In this document: positions 38,092 through 54,372 of the stretch, in pieces
Layout of the letters: each line of letters starts with the position of its first letter
Numbering within the stretch: the first letter of the stretch is position 1
NCBI GenBank assembly: GCA_964016885.1
Contig: OZ024745.1
Location: 18,352,001-18,416,000 of the forward strand
DNA: 64,000 nt
Direction: 5' to 3'
From: Eledone cirrhosa
Lineage: Eukaryota
The notes under the pieces: generated by a model
What the model was told of the DNA's origin: nothing
The model's database searches: none
What the model saw: the letters and a program-made list of their open reading frames with translations, nothing else
Program-made: the position numbers and the translations under genes

Positions 38092-38808
38092 CATATATAT
38101 ATGTATATGATGTGTGTATGTATCGGTGAGAGATGAATTCCAATGACGATTTAGATAGATTTGAACACGAAATGCCGCAGGATATCAGAACATTACGTCC
38201 CTCTGTTTAAGGTACGGGTCAGAATACAATGTACAATAAAATCCGCCTCTCTACCCTTTCTGAAATTGGTCTGGGATGATGGATGACCAAATTTCTAGAT
38301 TGCCAAACAAATGTAGTTATATAATATAAACATTGATTATGCATAATCTTTTGGGATAATAATGGACGAAAAACGGCATAAAATATAAAATAAGTGCATA
38401 CATAAATTCCTGTACACTCTCACACAGACATCTATATACACCTCTATATACTCATATCTAGGTCCATAACTCAATCACACTTATGCTGAAAGATACATTT
38501 ACTTGTATACACACCAATCTAGAGAAGTATTTATAAAAGCTCTTCCTACACATACAGACACAATCCGACACACGGACGTATATATATCTATATATACTGC
38601 CATTCAACAACATGGATAGACGTATATAAACCGAAGAAATAAGCCATTCGTCCTCACACAAATGCATGCAACCGTATATACACCCACACACACATAGAAA
38701 TACACATACACATACATACACACACACACATACACACACACTAACACACACACACACATATATATATATCTATATTATATATATATATTTATTAAAATAA
38801 CAGATTAA

Positions 38809-38859
38809 AGTTTAAGCAAAGAATCGCTGCTTTCACACTTAACGGGATCTTCTGAAACT
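38809..38859 (-). ncRNA. Hammerhead (family C), degenerate
   Basis: Minus strand AGTTT-CAGAAGA-TCCC gttaa GTGT-GAAAGCAG..TTGCTT-AAACT. Combining with the 20618 copy restores CTGAAGA and TCCC/GGGA. Confidence 0.6.
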
Positions 38860-38919
38860 AAAAAAGTCAATCTGTGAACGCAGAAGCAAATATTTCAAAA
38901 GATGTTGAAACCGAAATAC

Positions 38920-39013
<94 letters not shown>

Positions 39014-39325
39014 ATTCCTAAACACACACTTATTTCTGTTTCTCCTTAGTGACACGCCGAACTTTCCTTTTTTTTCATATAAAGCTTGAAACTGACGAGA
39101 CTTTTTGTACCTCTGCTTTTTGTCCCCTTAAACTACATATAAACACACACACACACTCATACACCCACCCATATACACACACACACACACACACAACACA
39201 CAAACACATTTATATATATATAGTGATACATACCTCCATCCATACACACACACACAACACACAGATTTATATATATATATATAGTGATACATACTTCCAT
39301 CCACACACACACACACAACACACAC

Positions 39326-39368
<43 letters not shown>

Positions 39369-40323
39369 TACATACCTCCATCCATACACCCACACACCCC
39401 GTAAAGTAGACATATATACTCACACATTTACTTATTGATATATCTCATACTGTCGATAAACAAATTAAATTTAAAATGCAATCTTAAAAGCAATGCAAAT
39501 ATCATATGTGTATAGTGTACCTACTTACGGTTCTATTGATAGATTATCAATTAAGCAAGAAACAAGAAGAGGGTTGGAATTTACCAATGGATCTACATCG
39601 TAGACAGTTTAATGTCACGTAAATATCAATGGCCTAGTTCAAGTTACTTTCTACCAGTAAGGCAGGGCGGTATATTTCACCGCTACAGCCATTTGAGTTA
39701 AAGTGTTACTTGCTGGTTTATAACAAGGAGAATCGAACGTCTCATCCATCTAGAGATTTAAATGTTATTCTCTTGATGCCACAGAAATAGCAAAAACCAC
39801 AAGTTTAACAGATGCTTTACAGTATATAGTGACGTCCCTTTACATTCTGAATTAAAATTCCACTGAGGTTTGCTTTGCCTTTTATCTTTATTTGGTTGAG
39901 AAAATAAAGAGCCAGTAACGCGCTGGCGTCGATTTAACCAAGGTTCCTCTCCTCCAATATGATTGGCCTTGTGCCAAAATCCGACACTTGTATCATTATT
40001 GCATGCATGCATGGTCCTTTTTCTCCTAAGTGAGTCGTAGGGGTGCTGTATTAAAGAAAACCGAACTTTTAAGCTTTTCTTAAATCTAGCGGGGCCTATC
40101 TTTACATATAGTAGATTATTTCCAGAGAAGGATAGAGGGTGAGAGAAAGAGATATAGAGAAAGAATCAACCCCAGTACTTCATTGGTACTTTTTTTATCG
40201 ACCTGGAAAGTATGAACTCGTCGGAATTTTAACTCAGAGATCAGAGAGCCGAAAGGAATACCACAAAGCATTCTATCCAAAATTATAACAACTATGCCAA
40301 TCACTATTATTATTGTATTTTAG

Positions 40324-40461
40324 ATATCTTTCGTTGGCGTCCAATGATAGTGAGTTTGGTCCAGTACAAGAAATTTTTAACTTAAAAATATCTTCATGCA
40401 TAGGGTTCGCTTTATCTACACTCGTGTGCTGCATGAGCAGAGATGACCATAAGCGAAAAAA
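40324..40461 (+). CDS. Candidate internal exon of an unknown host gene
   Basis: Acceptor TTGTATTTTAG, 138-nt open frame YLSLASNDSEFGPVQEIFNLKISSCIGFALSTLVCCMSRDDHKRK, weak donor AA|GTATTT. No family recognised. Confidence 0.2.
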
Positions 40462-41502
40462 GTATTTTTTGTTCTATTTGTTTTCATTGTATTATATGCA
40501 GTGCTAAAATGTTATCTTTTTGTCATCCATGTTTGAGAGGACTACCAACTGATGATGATTTTTTAAATCGAGAAGCAGCTAGCATGTATATTGAATACAC
40601 ACGTGCTTTTTCCCAAAACAACTGTTTCCTCTCTTCCCTCATCTCACTCTCTATCTTTCTATCCATTTTTTATTTCTCATTCTATCTTCTGAAGAACACT
40701 AATCCCCGAAAACTAAATACATTTTTCCTACAATATCAAGCGTTAAACTAATATATTTATTCAGTGTACAGTGTTGCTTGCTTATTTGTTTCAGTTTACT
40801 GTTTGTATACATCATACACGTATATTTATGTGTATAAAATTGCAGTAAAATTTCGAAAGTTACATTGGCTTCAATCCCGACATTGCTTCTTCGTTTACCT
40901 CTTTTTTTATTCCTTTATTATTTACATATCTTTATCAAATATCTTCAAATATGTCCATTTTTCATATAAATATGACAACAGTAACCACCAAGAGATGTTT
41001 TACTTTATAGCCGTTTAAGCAATATCGAGTTACTGCGCGAGTCTAATGCGAAATAGATAGAATATTCCACGATTAGATTTATTGGAATATCGGGAAATTC
41101 TCTCTTGCTATTGCCATGTTATGTAAACAACATCTCCAATAAAGATATTTTTTGTAAAGCTTCATAATATATTTATCGACAACGAGAGAATTCTCAATTA
41201 GTTGTTTCTCAAATAAAAGCTGCTGTTATCATGGAAAAACTCAGAGAGTATCACCACAGAATAATTCTATCATGGAATTTCGATTACATGGCCTGTTTAC
41301 AGTCTTAATTATACATAGATCATTTTCTCCGCAAGATTCTCGTTACAACATCGTAAATGTTACAGTTTCATTTAACTGCGTACATTTATGTAAATTGAAT
41401 GCCAGAAGCTAATACTTGTAAGTATAGAATATGTAATGTGTAAATTTTGTGTTAGTTTATTCACATAGAAGTGCGTATATATATATATATATATGTGTGT
41501 GC

Positions 41503-41536
<34 letters not shown>

Positions 41537-41539
<3 letters not shown>

Positions 41540-41920
41540 AATCTACGTATAGTATATTTGGCAATATACCGTATGTTTAATTAAAAACATTTAGAAGACC
41601 ATACGCTATCATTTTTAAAGTAGTGACTATGTCACTTCTTTTCGGCGAAAGTGAGAGAAGCTGACAGTCTGTTTCACGCTGGTTGGCGTTAATCAGAGCC
41701 ACGTATTCCCCTGCTTTCGCCGAAAAGTATAGAAGCTGGTTTCTTATAGAATTCCAGTAATAATTAGGATCTGATTATACAGAGCGATTGCCGGTCCAGC
41801 AAAAATTAGGTATTATGATTGGTGCTCTGAAATAGTGATGTATACATGAATGTATGTATAGTATATTTGGCAATATACCGTATGTTTAACTAAAAACATT
41901 TAGTAGATCATACGCTATCA
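41537..41920 (-). mobile_element. HHR repeat: 309-bp unit with ~75-bp terminal redundancy
   Basis: GTATAGTATATTTGGCAATATACCGTATGTTTAA..CATACGCTATCA at both ends. Microsatellite flanks. Confidence 0.8.
41659..41700 (-). ncRNA. Minimal hammerhead (G8U substitution)
   Basis: Minus strand GGCT-CTGATTA-ACGC caacca GCGT-GAAAC-AGACT-GTC-AGCT. Confidence 0.7.
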
Positions 41921-42928
41921 GTTTATATCAGCTATATCTCTCTCTATATATATAGATATATAAAATTATATATATATATATATAAAAGTTTGAGGAATTA
42001 TTAGATAAAATATATACAGTCTTTCCTCTCCCTAGTTCGTAGAAATCAACCATATAAATAATCATTTAAACGAGGCTATAAGTTTAAAATGTAACTATGA
42101 AGAAATAATAGACAAATGATATGGACTATTTTCCGCGAGGAACAGCCACATAAAATTTATCTAGTCATTCCTTTTAGCCCGTAGAAATTGACTAGACAAA
42201 TAATCAGCTAAATGGAGCTAGGTCTTAAATATAAGTTGGAAGAAAAAATGCATATAAACTTTCCCCAAATTATATCCGATCCTGGATTTATCCACGAGGC
42301 TTGGAGCTTATCAAGAGACTAAAATTTGGACTAAAATTTCTATTGTGATCACCGCTAGAAATGAATTCAAATATGGCTAAGAATTATCACGTGGCTAGTG
42401 GTCAAGGCAGAAGGTTGTGATTGGTTGCCAGGTGGCGAGTAGGCTGGTTGCTAGAAAGCGGTGATATCTGGAGGGTGATATCTGGACACCCAGCGGGATA
42501 AAATACAAGACCCGGCAGAGGAACTCATCAGAATCAACTGCCATCCAAATAGTAGTTGTTTATTTTCACCCGGGTGTTTAAGGCGCCGAGTTGTTGTCAC
42601 AACGCCTTTCTAGAAGAGGGAAGCTCAGGAAAAAATACCCGCGGCTTCGGAAGCATCCGATAATGTTGATCAGTTCTCCTTTTCAGGTAGTGTTTTCCAT
42701 ACTCAGATAGTGAGATTGGTCGAGTGCAAGGCTTTCCCCATTTATAAACACCTCTAAAGCACAGGTATTACTTGTTGTGGATATGTTACAGGTTCGTGTA
42801 GCTGGCCGTAGCCTAAAAGTGTACCATTTTCTGTAATCTGACAAGCGATTGCAATTCTCTTAGCAGAGTTTGCAGCCATCATTTACATATGTATGTATAT
42901 ATGTATGTTTGTATATATGTGTTCATGC

Positions 42929-43017
<89 letters not shown>

Positions 43018-43152
43018 TTGAAACAATGAAATAAGATTTATCTTAACCTACAACATTTTCAACATATGGATTACATCGAGTGCTTCATGCAGAATAGACC
43101 CCACAACTTACAGTGGATACCTCTGTGTGTATATATATATATATACATGCAC

Positions 43153-43330
43153 TTTATCAAGGCTAAATAGTGAGGCTTGTTACTCTGGAGTTTCGCCAGT
43201 TTATCACAGCGTTATCTGTGGCGAAACTCCAGTGTAACAAGACTTCATATTCATCCTTAATAAATGAATATTAAAACGCTATTTTGGTAGTGTGTATCCT
43301 GTTGTCTCAGCCGTCAACCACATACGGATA
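43153..43330 (+). mobile_element. Fold-back 5'-truncated repeat carrying the 3' half of a hammerhead
   Basis: IR 43153-43198 / 43219-43264. The left arm on the minus strand reads CGAAACTC-CA-GAGTA-ACAAG. Confidence 0.6.
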
Positions 43331-43366
43331 TTTATATACATATATATATATATGCATATATATATA

Positions 43367-44328
<962 letters not shown>

Positions 44329-44329
44329 C

Positions 44330-44362
<33 letters not shown>

Positions 44363-44442
44363 TGTGTGTGTGTGTGTATGTGTGTGTGTGTGTATGTATG
44401 TGTGTGTGTGTGTGTGTGTGTGTGCGTGCGTGTGTGTATGTA

Positions 44443-44803
44443 TGTAAACATACCGTGTTTCTTTGGAAATACGAAATTTCTATACATATTTGTATACAGC
44501 TATGCTTGAAGGCAAATCTTGTTTCTATTCTATTATAAGTTGAGGCAACTTATGCAGCTTCATATGCAATTGAGATTAATCACCTCATTTACACAGTCGA
44601 TAAAACTATATATTCTCGACTGTTCTCAAGTTCAGCAGTTTCAGGTGTGACAGGGACCGTCCTGATGAAGACCAGAAATGCATAGACGGTTGTCCCCCTT
44701 GCTTCTGCTAGACACCACCAGATGGCGTTAGCCCCGGTGTTTGCACAACTACGGCTTCCTAAATGTCTTCTGTAAACACATCGTGTTTCTTTAGAAATAA
44801 GAA

Positions 44804-44810
<7 letters not shown>
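44443..44810 (+). mobile_element. HHR repeat: 328-bp unit with ~40-bp terminal redundancy
   Basis: TGTAAACA..CGTGTTTCTTT.GAAATA.GAAATTT at 44443 and 44771. Confidence 0.78.
44656..44690 (+). ncRNA. Ultra-minimal hammerhead (35 nt, essentially no stem II, palindromic stem III)
   Basis: ACCGTC-CTGATGA-AGACCA-GAAA-TGC-ATA-GACGGT. Stem I is extendable by AGGG/CCCT. Confidence 0.85.
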
Positions 44811-44889
<79 letters not shown>

Positions 44890-45291
44890 TAACATATTTG
44901 CTTAAAGTGCAGTATTTATTCATCTATATATGCATAATAGCTTTGCCTGTCTCCTTCTCATGTTGCACTATCCACACACCTGCATATGAATTGTTATTGC
45001 ACTCTTCCTTTCTCAAAACTGCTTCCTCAATGCCTCTTTAATATTTGCACTATTCCCTTGTTTTAACTGGTGCATGTATTCCACTCCGTGCTTTTGATTT
45101 TAATTTAATTTTAATTTTGATTTGAATTTGAACTTGAATGTTTGTACAATTACTGTACAATTCTCGTAAGATATATGCCACATCCATTCCACCCTGTAAA
45201 TACGAAACTGTTGCTCACAACATCAATTTATATGTATCTATATTATTGTTGTTCAGTTGAATAGGGGGTTAATTATATGTGCAAACATTGA

Positions 45292-45345
45292 TAATGCTCC
45301 GATGATTCCAAAAGAGAGTGTGGAAGAAACGATTGTCAGCTATTA
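45292..45345 (+). ncRNA. Type I hammerhead, C4 variant
   Basis: TAATGCT-CCGATGA-TTCCA aaagagagtg TGGAA-GAAAC-GATT-GTC-AGCTATTA. Confidence 0.8.
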
Positions 45346-45377
45346 AATGATTCGAACACAACTTAGATAATTGTATA

Positions 45378-45436
<59 letters not shown>

Positions 45437-45570
45437 CTTTCACACCATTTTGACTAAAAAAAAATTTACCCTGTCAGTGAGGTTTAGAACCCGCCAAGAA
45501 ATGCAAAAATGTACGTCAATACTCATCTATTTCTATTTTCAAACTCGCTTGCTGATTCAAAACATAATTA

Positions 45571-45656
<86 letters not shown>

Positions 45657-45779
45657 GGCTTCGTTTATTACTGTTATTTCGTTTATTACGGTTACTACAA
45701 ACAAATTTTACATGTTTGACTTATTTTATATATATATGTAAGGGATGAGTATTTCATACAAATGAAACAGTTCTAGTCC

Positions 45780-45877
45780 TGTAAAAATCATTTCTATATA
45801 TAAATAAGATGCCTGTACTCTACCAACATATTGAGTAACTTCATTAATTCTGGTTGACCTCAACTCGGGAACCTACA
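45780..45877. repeat. Dispersed repeat shared with 49043-49140
   Basis: TGTAAAAATCATTTCTATATATAAATAAGATGCCTGTACTCTACC..GGGAACCTACA at both loci. 48859-49033 is also duplicated at 49298-49473. Confidence 0.8.
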
Positions 45878-46937
45878 AATATATATATATATATATATAA
45901 ATATATATATATACATGTGTGTGTGTGTACGTGTGTGTGTGACTGTGTAACTGGTTTATTGACCTGCAAGAATAGCAACAATATCTCTGTCCTAACATAG
46001 CCAAGCGGTTTCAGTGAAGAAATGAGACACAATAAAATGTACTCCTGTATAGACCAAACAGTAGAAAGGGGCTTTCATTATAGGTCACTTTATTACTGTT
46101 TTTATGGGGTTAAACAACATTAATAACAATAATAATTTAGCGTATTAGATGAAAATCAGAGTTGACGTAGATGACCTCAGATCGAAGCATTGTATGACCC
46201 ATTTTATTATGTATATGAAAGATTACATGCACTATTATATGCAGTATTTCCGATAATTAAGGTGGTTCTTTAATTGTTTAGACAATCCAAATCAATGATT
46301 TCTTTAAAAAAAATCTGATTGAAAGACACCATATATTGTGTATCCTTTGAATTTGTTCGCGCAACCAACTCTAGAGAACATCACTTTAATATACACTGTA
46401 AATGTTACTGTGGTGAAGTGCATCCTGTCGTAGAAACCAAGTCAGAAACATTTCTGTATGAGCAAAACATGGTCGACTGATTTGATTTGTCTCAAATTAG
46501 GCCAACTCGTCTGACCCATATTAGCATGGAAATATGAATGTTGAATGATGATACTGATAATGATGATTTCCACGTGGCTAGGTAAAAGATTCTTCAGTCT
46601 CAGTTAAATATTCTCTGAGGCTGCAGACCAAAATAACAGCTATATTGATTCCAGTATTCTACATTTCAATATTATAGAGATCGATATAACTAACAGACCA
46701 TCTAATTTGGATCTAGCTGGAAGAATAATAATTTAATTATCAATCAAAATTCGTTACGCGTTTCCACATGGAAATATATTTATATACATTAATGCAGAGA
46801 GAAATATGTATGTATATGTACATGTATATGTACATGTATATGTATATGTACATACACACACTCAAACACATGCAGACACACGTACACATTCATATATATA
46901 TATATATATATAAACAGGCACATACAAGCGGTACTCA

Positions 46938-47011
<74 letters not shown>

Positions 47012-47019
47012 TATATATA

Positions 47020-47113
<94 letters not shown>

Positions 47114-47879
47114 GAGGGAGAGAGAGAGAGACGTACCACGCATATCTAATATAGTTATATACAATGAAATACATGATTATACATATATATATACACACAT
47201 ACGCATAAACTGGCAATATGCACCTAAATGTAATACCCCACAGAAGCACAGTAATACTTGTGCATAGAAACACACATACACCCCCAGACAACCACACAAA
47301 CCATATGCCATAAAGTTCAAACATGTTCCACTTAGCCTCCATATCAGACTTAAATATTCCATTAACGAGTTGTAATTTACTGACTGAATTATTTTACAAT
47401 CATTTATCTGAAACTAATTAATTAGTAGATTAAATGAAAAATCAAGGTCGTCCAACTAATTGCTCTTGTTTCATGAGAATTGTTATTCTGTATTTTAATC
47501 GTCAACCATTTAATATCCAGCGTGGTGAATAAACACCTTTTACTATATATGAAAGCCACCAGGCTAAAGTTACAATCCATCTGTACGAATTGCTAACGTG
47601 AGAATCGATAGAGCATCGGTCAAAATGACTTGCCGCATTTTTTCTGGTTATATATGATGAGGTTCTACCCGGTACAAGAAAGTAGAATATATATGTACTA
47701 TATGAGAAAATGATATTGTTAAATATCAAAATATATACATCTTTAATATGTAGGACATGATTTTTCTAGGACTACTCAAATTTTAGAGAATGTGGATCAG
47801 AGAGAGTTGCGTGTGTGACAGCTCACACCTATGCAGGTTTAGCTGGCCTCCTCCAAGGTATATCTGGTTGGAGGTGTCA

Positions 47880-48020
47880 TTTCTACAGCTGAGTAAACTG
47901 GAACAGCGTGAAATAAAATGTCTTGCTCAAGGTAGCAACACATTACCCGGTCCGAGGATTGAACTCACAGCCTTTCGATTGCAAGCCCAATGCTCTAACC
48001 ACTAAGCCATGCGCCTTCAC
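47880..48020 (-). mobile_element. tRNA-derived SINE
   Basis: Minus strand GTGAAGGCGCATGGCTTAGTGGTTAGAGC..GAGTTCAATCC..CTTGAGCAAGACA..TTTCACG. Confidence 0.8.
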
Positions 48021-48109
48021 GCTATTATATTGTCACCTCATTGATAATCTCCGGTAGAAGAAGAGGACATAAAACGAGGTGACTGTCGAACTACAATGCT
48101 GTAACTTCC

Positions 48110-48345
48110 TGGAATGCTTATATGGTTCAGTGTAATTTACAGCCACAAATCTTTGTCTAAAATCATCCTTCAAGGGCACAGTCGAAGAAGGGTGAAGATG
48201 AGGCAGTCAAAGAAAATTATGGTCCGACAAAATCAGACTTTACTGATTACAACACCAAAGTATGACGGCAGATACAGACCAATGGTGACAGCTGACTACG
48301 AAAGCGTCTGGAGCTGCACCTTAATGACTTGCTGCGCCAGTTGAA
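48110..48345 (+). mobile_element. Degraded RTE LINE 3' end
   Basis: LSKIILQG/TVEEG..GSQRKLWSDKI across a frameshift. Confidence 0.6.
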
Positions 48346-49136
48346 GGAACGTGGTTGATTGGCTGAATTTATCTAAAGGACTATACAACAGTAAACTACC
48401 ATTTCTTTTTTGACGGTTTTACTCTATAAAACTGTTGGAATTTTCTACGACATTGATTCATATAAGAAAACACCAAGACTAGATTTAACGCCATATGGAA
48501 GGTCACTGGGAATTTACAGAATTACAATTATGGAAATGCTGGAATGTATTCTTTTCACCAATTAGATTTTTAATTATAATTATTGTATTAGTGTCTGTTC
48601 AACACGACGACAAATTAGCTTGAGCTTTCGAAACAACCTCGCTAATTAGCTCAAATCCCACACGCTATCGAACTTATAATTTCCTTTATATGTATATTGC
48701 TCTAATTAAAGCACTGAAGTCGAACGCTCGTAAAAATAGCTTCAGACGTAATGAGATGGCATTTGACAAGTGATAGTCGTCTAGCATACGTAATAGACCT
48801 GTTGGGGCGTTTTCACTTGATTTTCAAAACCATTTTATTATTTGCAATTCTCAAACTTCCTATTTCTTTACGACTGTCAGATGTGAAACGCGTGCATATC
48901 ACAATATATGTTGTGCAATATGTAAAGATATACAAGTTTGTTTATTTGTTTCTCAGAATATCAATGTTCTGACAAAATACCATGATTTATTTATTTAATC
49001 ATTTAATCTTATTTTCTACTTAGATCTAAACAGTTATAGTCTTGTAAAAATCATTTCTATATATAAATAAGATGCCTGTACTCTACCAACATAATGAGTA
49101 ACTTCTCTAATTCTGGTTGACCTCAACTCGGGAACC

Positions 49137-49187
<51 letters not shown>

Positions 49188-49200
49188 GTGTGTGTGTGTG

Positions 49201-49294
<94 letters not shown>

Positions 49295-50430
49295 TGTCCT
49301 ATTTCTTTACGACTGTCAGATGTGTAACGCGTGCGCATTACAATATATTCTGTGCAATATGTAAAGATATACAGGTTTGTTTATTTGTTCCTCAGAATAT
49401 CAATGTTCTGACAAAATACCATGATTTATTTATTTAGTCATTTAATCTTATTTTCTACTTAGATCTAAACAGTAATTACATTGAAAGCTACATTTCGTTT
49501 AATAGGAAGAGTAAAAAAAAAAGCAAAACTAGCTGTAAAAACATAACAAATGTTACTGTGAACAATTCAATAGCTGAACATGAAAGACGAAATTTAGACG
49601 TATATTTTGTGGCTGATAATAACACGAGAGGTTATGGAAAATATCGAGACCAGAGAAATGTCTGATTATCCTTACTGTTATAAAAAAAATCGTTCAATGC
49701 TGCCTCACGTTTGGTTTCATTTCGAGGTAAATCACTCTAAATTTGACCTTAAAGCCAGACATATTAGATGTTTCTAAATATAATAAACTTATTTCAGATT
49801 TATCGATTTTTGAAATGTGGGAGAAATTAGTTAAAATCGAATGGAATTGCTATTGGTCAATTCACCTGCGTCCAGAAATACTGAGCATGTTTTACAGTGT
49901 AGGGTATTTGACATTTTTGACAGATAAATTGTAGATTTTAAGGGGGTATCACTATTTCTCTATAGTAATAAACGCCTATCATCTTTATCTATATACCACT
50001 AAAGCTTTGTGATTGTGTGCTTGTATGTAATCTAATACAACCAAAACGGCGCATAATGGGAAAATACTTTGAAAGGAAGTTGCTCCTGAAACGGGAATAC
50101 AAATGAAATAAAACAAGTTTCGCGTAAATCTGAACAAAGTTACTCGAGATACAGGGTTTCTCCGGGTACCTTCATGAATAGAAAGATAGAGAGAAAGAGA
50201 CTGGTTGTGAGCGAGAAGATCGAAAGAGAAACAGCATTCTAATCAATGTGTATACATTTCTTTGGAAGACGCTGTATATATGTATATATATATGTATATA
50301 CATATATATATATATATAAAGATTTACATATACACAAACTAGACAAAGTCACAGATATATATGTTTTTGTTTTGGCAACCAATCACGATGTGGCTCAATG
50401 ATGAATTAATAAATTAAATAATCAGAGCAA

Positions 50431-50990
50431 TATACTATAAAGTATGTCCATAGAATCATTTGATAATATATATACACCATTTCTTCTCCCAATTACCATA
50501 ATTAACCAGACAAAAAATCAATTAAACCAGGCTATAAGATTAAAAGGCACCTATGAAGTAGATAAATAAACGACAGCAATCTCTTCGCGGCCAACTGCCA
50601 TACAATATTTACCCAACATTTCAACAGCACGTGGAAATCGATTAAATATACCGTCAACCATACACAATTAGGTATAAAATTAAAGTTAGAAGAAATGCAT
50701 ATAATCCTGGTAGGTGTATATGCATTTCTTCTAACTTTAATTTTATACCTAATTGTGTATGATTGACGGTATATTTAATCGATTTCCACGTGCTGTTGAA
50801 ATGTTGGGTAAAATTCTATGGCGGTTGGGCGCGAAAAGATTGCTGTCGTTTATTTATCTACTATTTCTTCATAGGTGCCTTTTAATCTTATAGCCTGGTT
50901 TAATTGATTTTTTGTGTGGTTAATTATGCTAATTGGGAGAGGAAATGGTGTATATATATTATCAAATGATTCTATGAACATACTTTATAG

Positions 50991-50994
<4 letters not shown>
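50431..50994. repeat. Long hairpin (~270 bp arms, ~13 nt spacer)
   Basis: Centre ATGCATATA-ATCCTGGTAGGTG-TATATGCAT. The arm sequence resembles 42005-42260 (AAACCAGGCTATAAG..CTATGAAG). Confidence 0.9.
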
Positions 50995-51054
<60 letters not shown>

Positions 51055-51119
51055 CATAGTCATACACACACACACACATACACACAGAAACATATACATA
51101 TAAACACACTCATATAAAT

Positions 51120-51425
51120 GGAGTCACTCCGTCGGTTAAGACGATGAATGTTCCAGTTGATACTATTAATGGAACTGCCTACGCTTGAAAGTAACGTGCA
51201 AGTGGCTCAGCATTCCGCACACAGACGCGTACCCCTTACGTAGTTCTCTGTGAGATTCGTTTTGACACAGTGTGTGACAAGATGGTCCTTCGAATTACAA
51301 GTACAACTTAATTTGCCAGCTGAGTGGACTGGAGCAACGTGAAATAAAGTGTCTTGCTCAAGGACACAACGCATCGCTGAGAATAGAACACACGATTGTG
51401 AGCCAAATACGCTAACCTCGCACTT
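51120..51425. mobile_element. SINE remnant(s)
   Basis: CAGCTGAGTGGACTGGAGCAACGTGAAATAAAGTGTCTTGCTCAAGGACACAACGC is shared with the other SINE copies. Confidence 0.7.
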
Positions 51426-51453
51426 TCACACACATAAATACATATAGAAATAA

Positions 51454-51916
<463 letters not shown>

Positions 51917-52039
51917 GCATACATATACGCACACATATAAACACACATAATCATATACACAGCTCCTTTAATGTGAAACCCAATATTAAAACTTTTTCTT
52001 CCTTCTTAGATTAATTTTGTCACTCTCTTTCAAAATATT

Positions 52040-53020
52040 ACCCCTCTCCTACTAAAACATAATGCCTTTCTCACCCTCTCTATATACCATTACATGCCCC
52101 ACTCTCTCTCCCTAGACCAAAATTCTCCCTCTCTCACTCCATACCTCAATCTCTCACTCTCACAATTACACACTCTCTCACCCTCTCTATATATGCCACT
52201 ACATAACTCACTTTCTCTCACTGTCACAATATCAGCTCACTCTATTCCACTACATACCTCACTCTCTTCCACTCTCTTGATTCTCCCTCCCTCACTAGAA
52301 CAACAAATTCTCTCCTCCCTTTATATTCCACTACATAGCTCATTCGCTCTCACTCTGATAATACCCCCTCTCTCACTAAACCAACGAATGCTCTCCCGCT
52401 CTCTATATCCCACTACATGCTCCCTTTCTCTCACAAATCACCCTATCACACTAACCACCAAATTCACTCCCCCTCTCTATATCTCAGTACATATCTCACT
52501 CTCTCTCTAACACTTCCCACTCTCTCACAAAACAACAAAGTCTCTCCCCCTAAGTCTATTCCAATACATATCTCACTCTCGCCCACAATTACCCCTCCCT
52601 CACTAGACCAACAAATTCCATCCCTCTCTCTAAATTCCACTACATACTTCACACTCCCTCACTCTCACAATACCCTCTCACTAAACCCACAAATTCTCTC
52701 CCACTAGACACCTCAATCTCTCACACAATTCTCACACAATTCCCCCTCTCTCACTAGACCATCAAATTATCTCCTAAGTCTATTCCAATACATATCTCAC
52801 TCTCGCCCACAATTACCCCTCCCTCACTAGACCAACAAATTCCATCCCTCTCTCTAAATTCCACTACATACTTCACACTCCCTCACTCTCACAATACCCT
52901 CTCACTAAACCCACAAATTCTCTCCCACTAGACACCTCAATCTCTCACACAATTCTCACACAATTCCCCCTCTCTCACTAGACCATCAAATTATCTCTCC
53001 CTCTCTATATCCCACTACAA
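52040..53020. repeat. CT/CA-rich degenerate tandem repeat with a near-exact ~223 bp duplication
   Basis: CCTAAGTCTATTCCAATACATATCTCAC..GACCATCAAATTATCTC at ~52549 and ~52773. Confidence 0.8.
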
Positions 53021-53570
53021 TATTTTTTACTTTGAAACAACAAATATTTTCATTTTCTGTAAAGAAATTTCTCCATCCCCTCCCCAACCTTTTGAACCTT
53101 GAGGTGTGATGGAGATAGTTGTTTGTTTGTTTTTGGTTTGGGGGGGGGGATGTTTTCATAGGAGTTTAAAATGTGTGGTGTTGGAGGGAGGTGGTGGTGT
53201 AATTAAAGGAGACACCATACTTGGAGACTTCGTACGTCATGCCGTCGTTGATATTTCATTGGTTGATACGTTTAATGAAGATATCAGATAGGAGCAAATA
53301 CATGGTTGTAGGTAGATAAACTCATGATTCGATTAGAGAGACAAATTTACGGTTACGACAAATAAAGTTACTTAATAATTTTTATCTGGAAGAGATTCAT
53401 AATTTACCTACCCGAGCAAATATATCATCAAACGTATTCCAAACGTACTAGTGTTACCTACAGAGCGTAAGGAAACTGCAAAATATGATTCCATGAGGAA
53501 TCAATACTTATGCGTTGAGTTTAAATATATGTTTACAATGAAATTTTTTTACTATGATCAGCAGCTTTTC

Positions 53571-53621
<51 letters not shown>

Positions 53622-54089
53622 GTTTTGTCTTGGGTGTTCTTCAAACTATATATCACTAAGGTTTTACATAATAGTTTTACAGAAACATATTTTTTTTTAA
53701 ATTGAAGTATTTTTCATAGTGGCTCCGTTAAGAGAAATAAAATGTCTAACATCCAGGTTAATCGTCTGAAATTGATGTGATATTAAAGGTAGATTATAAA
53801 ACTAATCGTCACAGCACTCACCAGTTGAGTGCAGTCAACATAAAAGAACTGTTTTTAATCTTTTTCTCACATCTCTATTCATATCATTTAAATGTGACAA
53901 CCTTTCCTGAAATACGACCAGGCATTGGAATTTAATGTGAAACTTCTAACACATCTGCAGATATTGATTACATTACTGCAGACTTAAAAGTTAAGTACAT
54001 TCCCATCACGATACTGTGTATAATAGTAGTCAAATCAAATATATATACGCTTTTCAAATCAGTTGTTTGTTCCTATCCAGCGGGGATAT

Positions 54090-54330
54090 ATAGTTGCATC
54101 TAACAGAATTCACGAAATTGCAGATTATTTATGAAGTTATATCCACTGTTACAAGGTGTTGCAAAATTTTATTTATCTTCTGGTTGTACACACCTAAAAG
54201 TTGGAACAACATCTACATCAGCATCGGTGTATATATCCTGAAATGCTTTACACATTTTTTTCCAGACCGGTTTTCTGCTGTAGTCATTTTCACCAGATGC
54301 ATTAAAAAAAATCTTAAATTGAATTAGCAT
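54090..54330 (+). mobile_element. Possible Tc1 transposase C-terminal remnant
   Basis: WNNI...PDRFSAVV resembles the Tc1 WxxI..SMPxRxxAVI tail. Confidence 0.3.
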
Positions 54331-54372
54331 TCTTAGCCATTTGCTTATAACTTAAAATATATACAATTATAT

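Noticed and set aside
42250-42545. Minus-strand CTGATGAG and TTGATAAG motifs
   Set aside because: I could not complete stems I and III with a GAAA..NUH half
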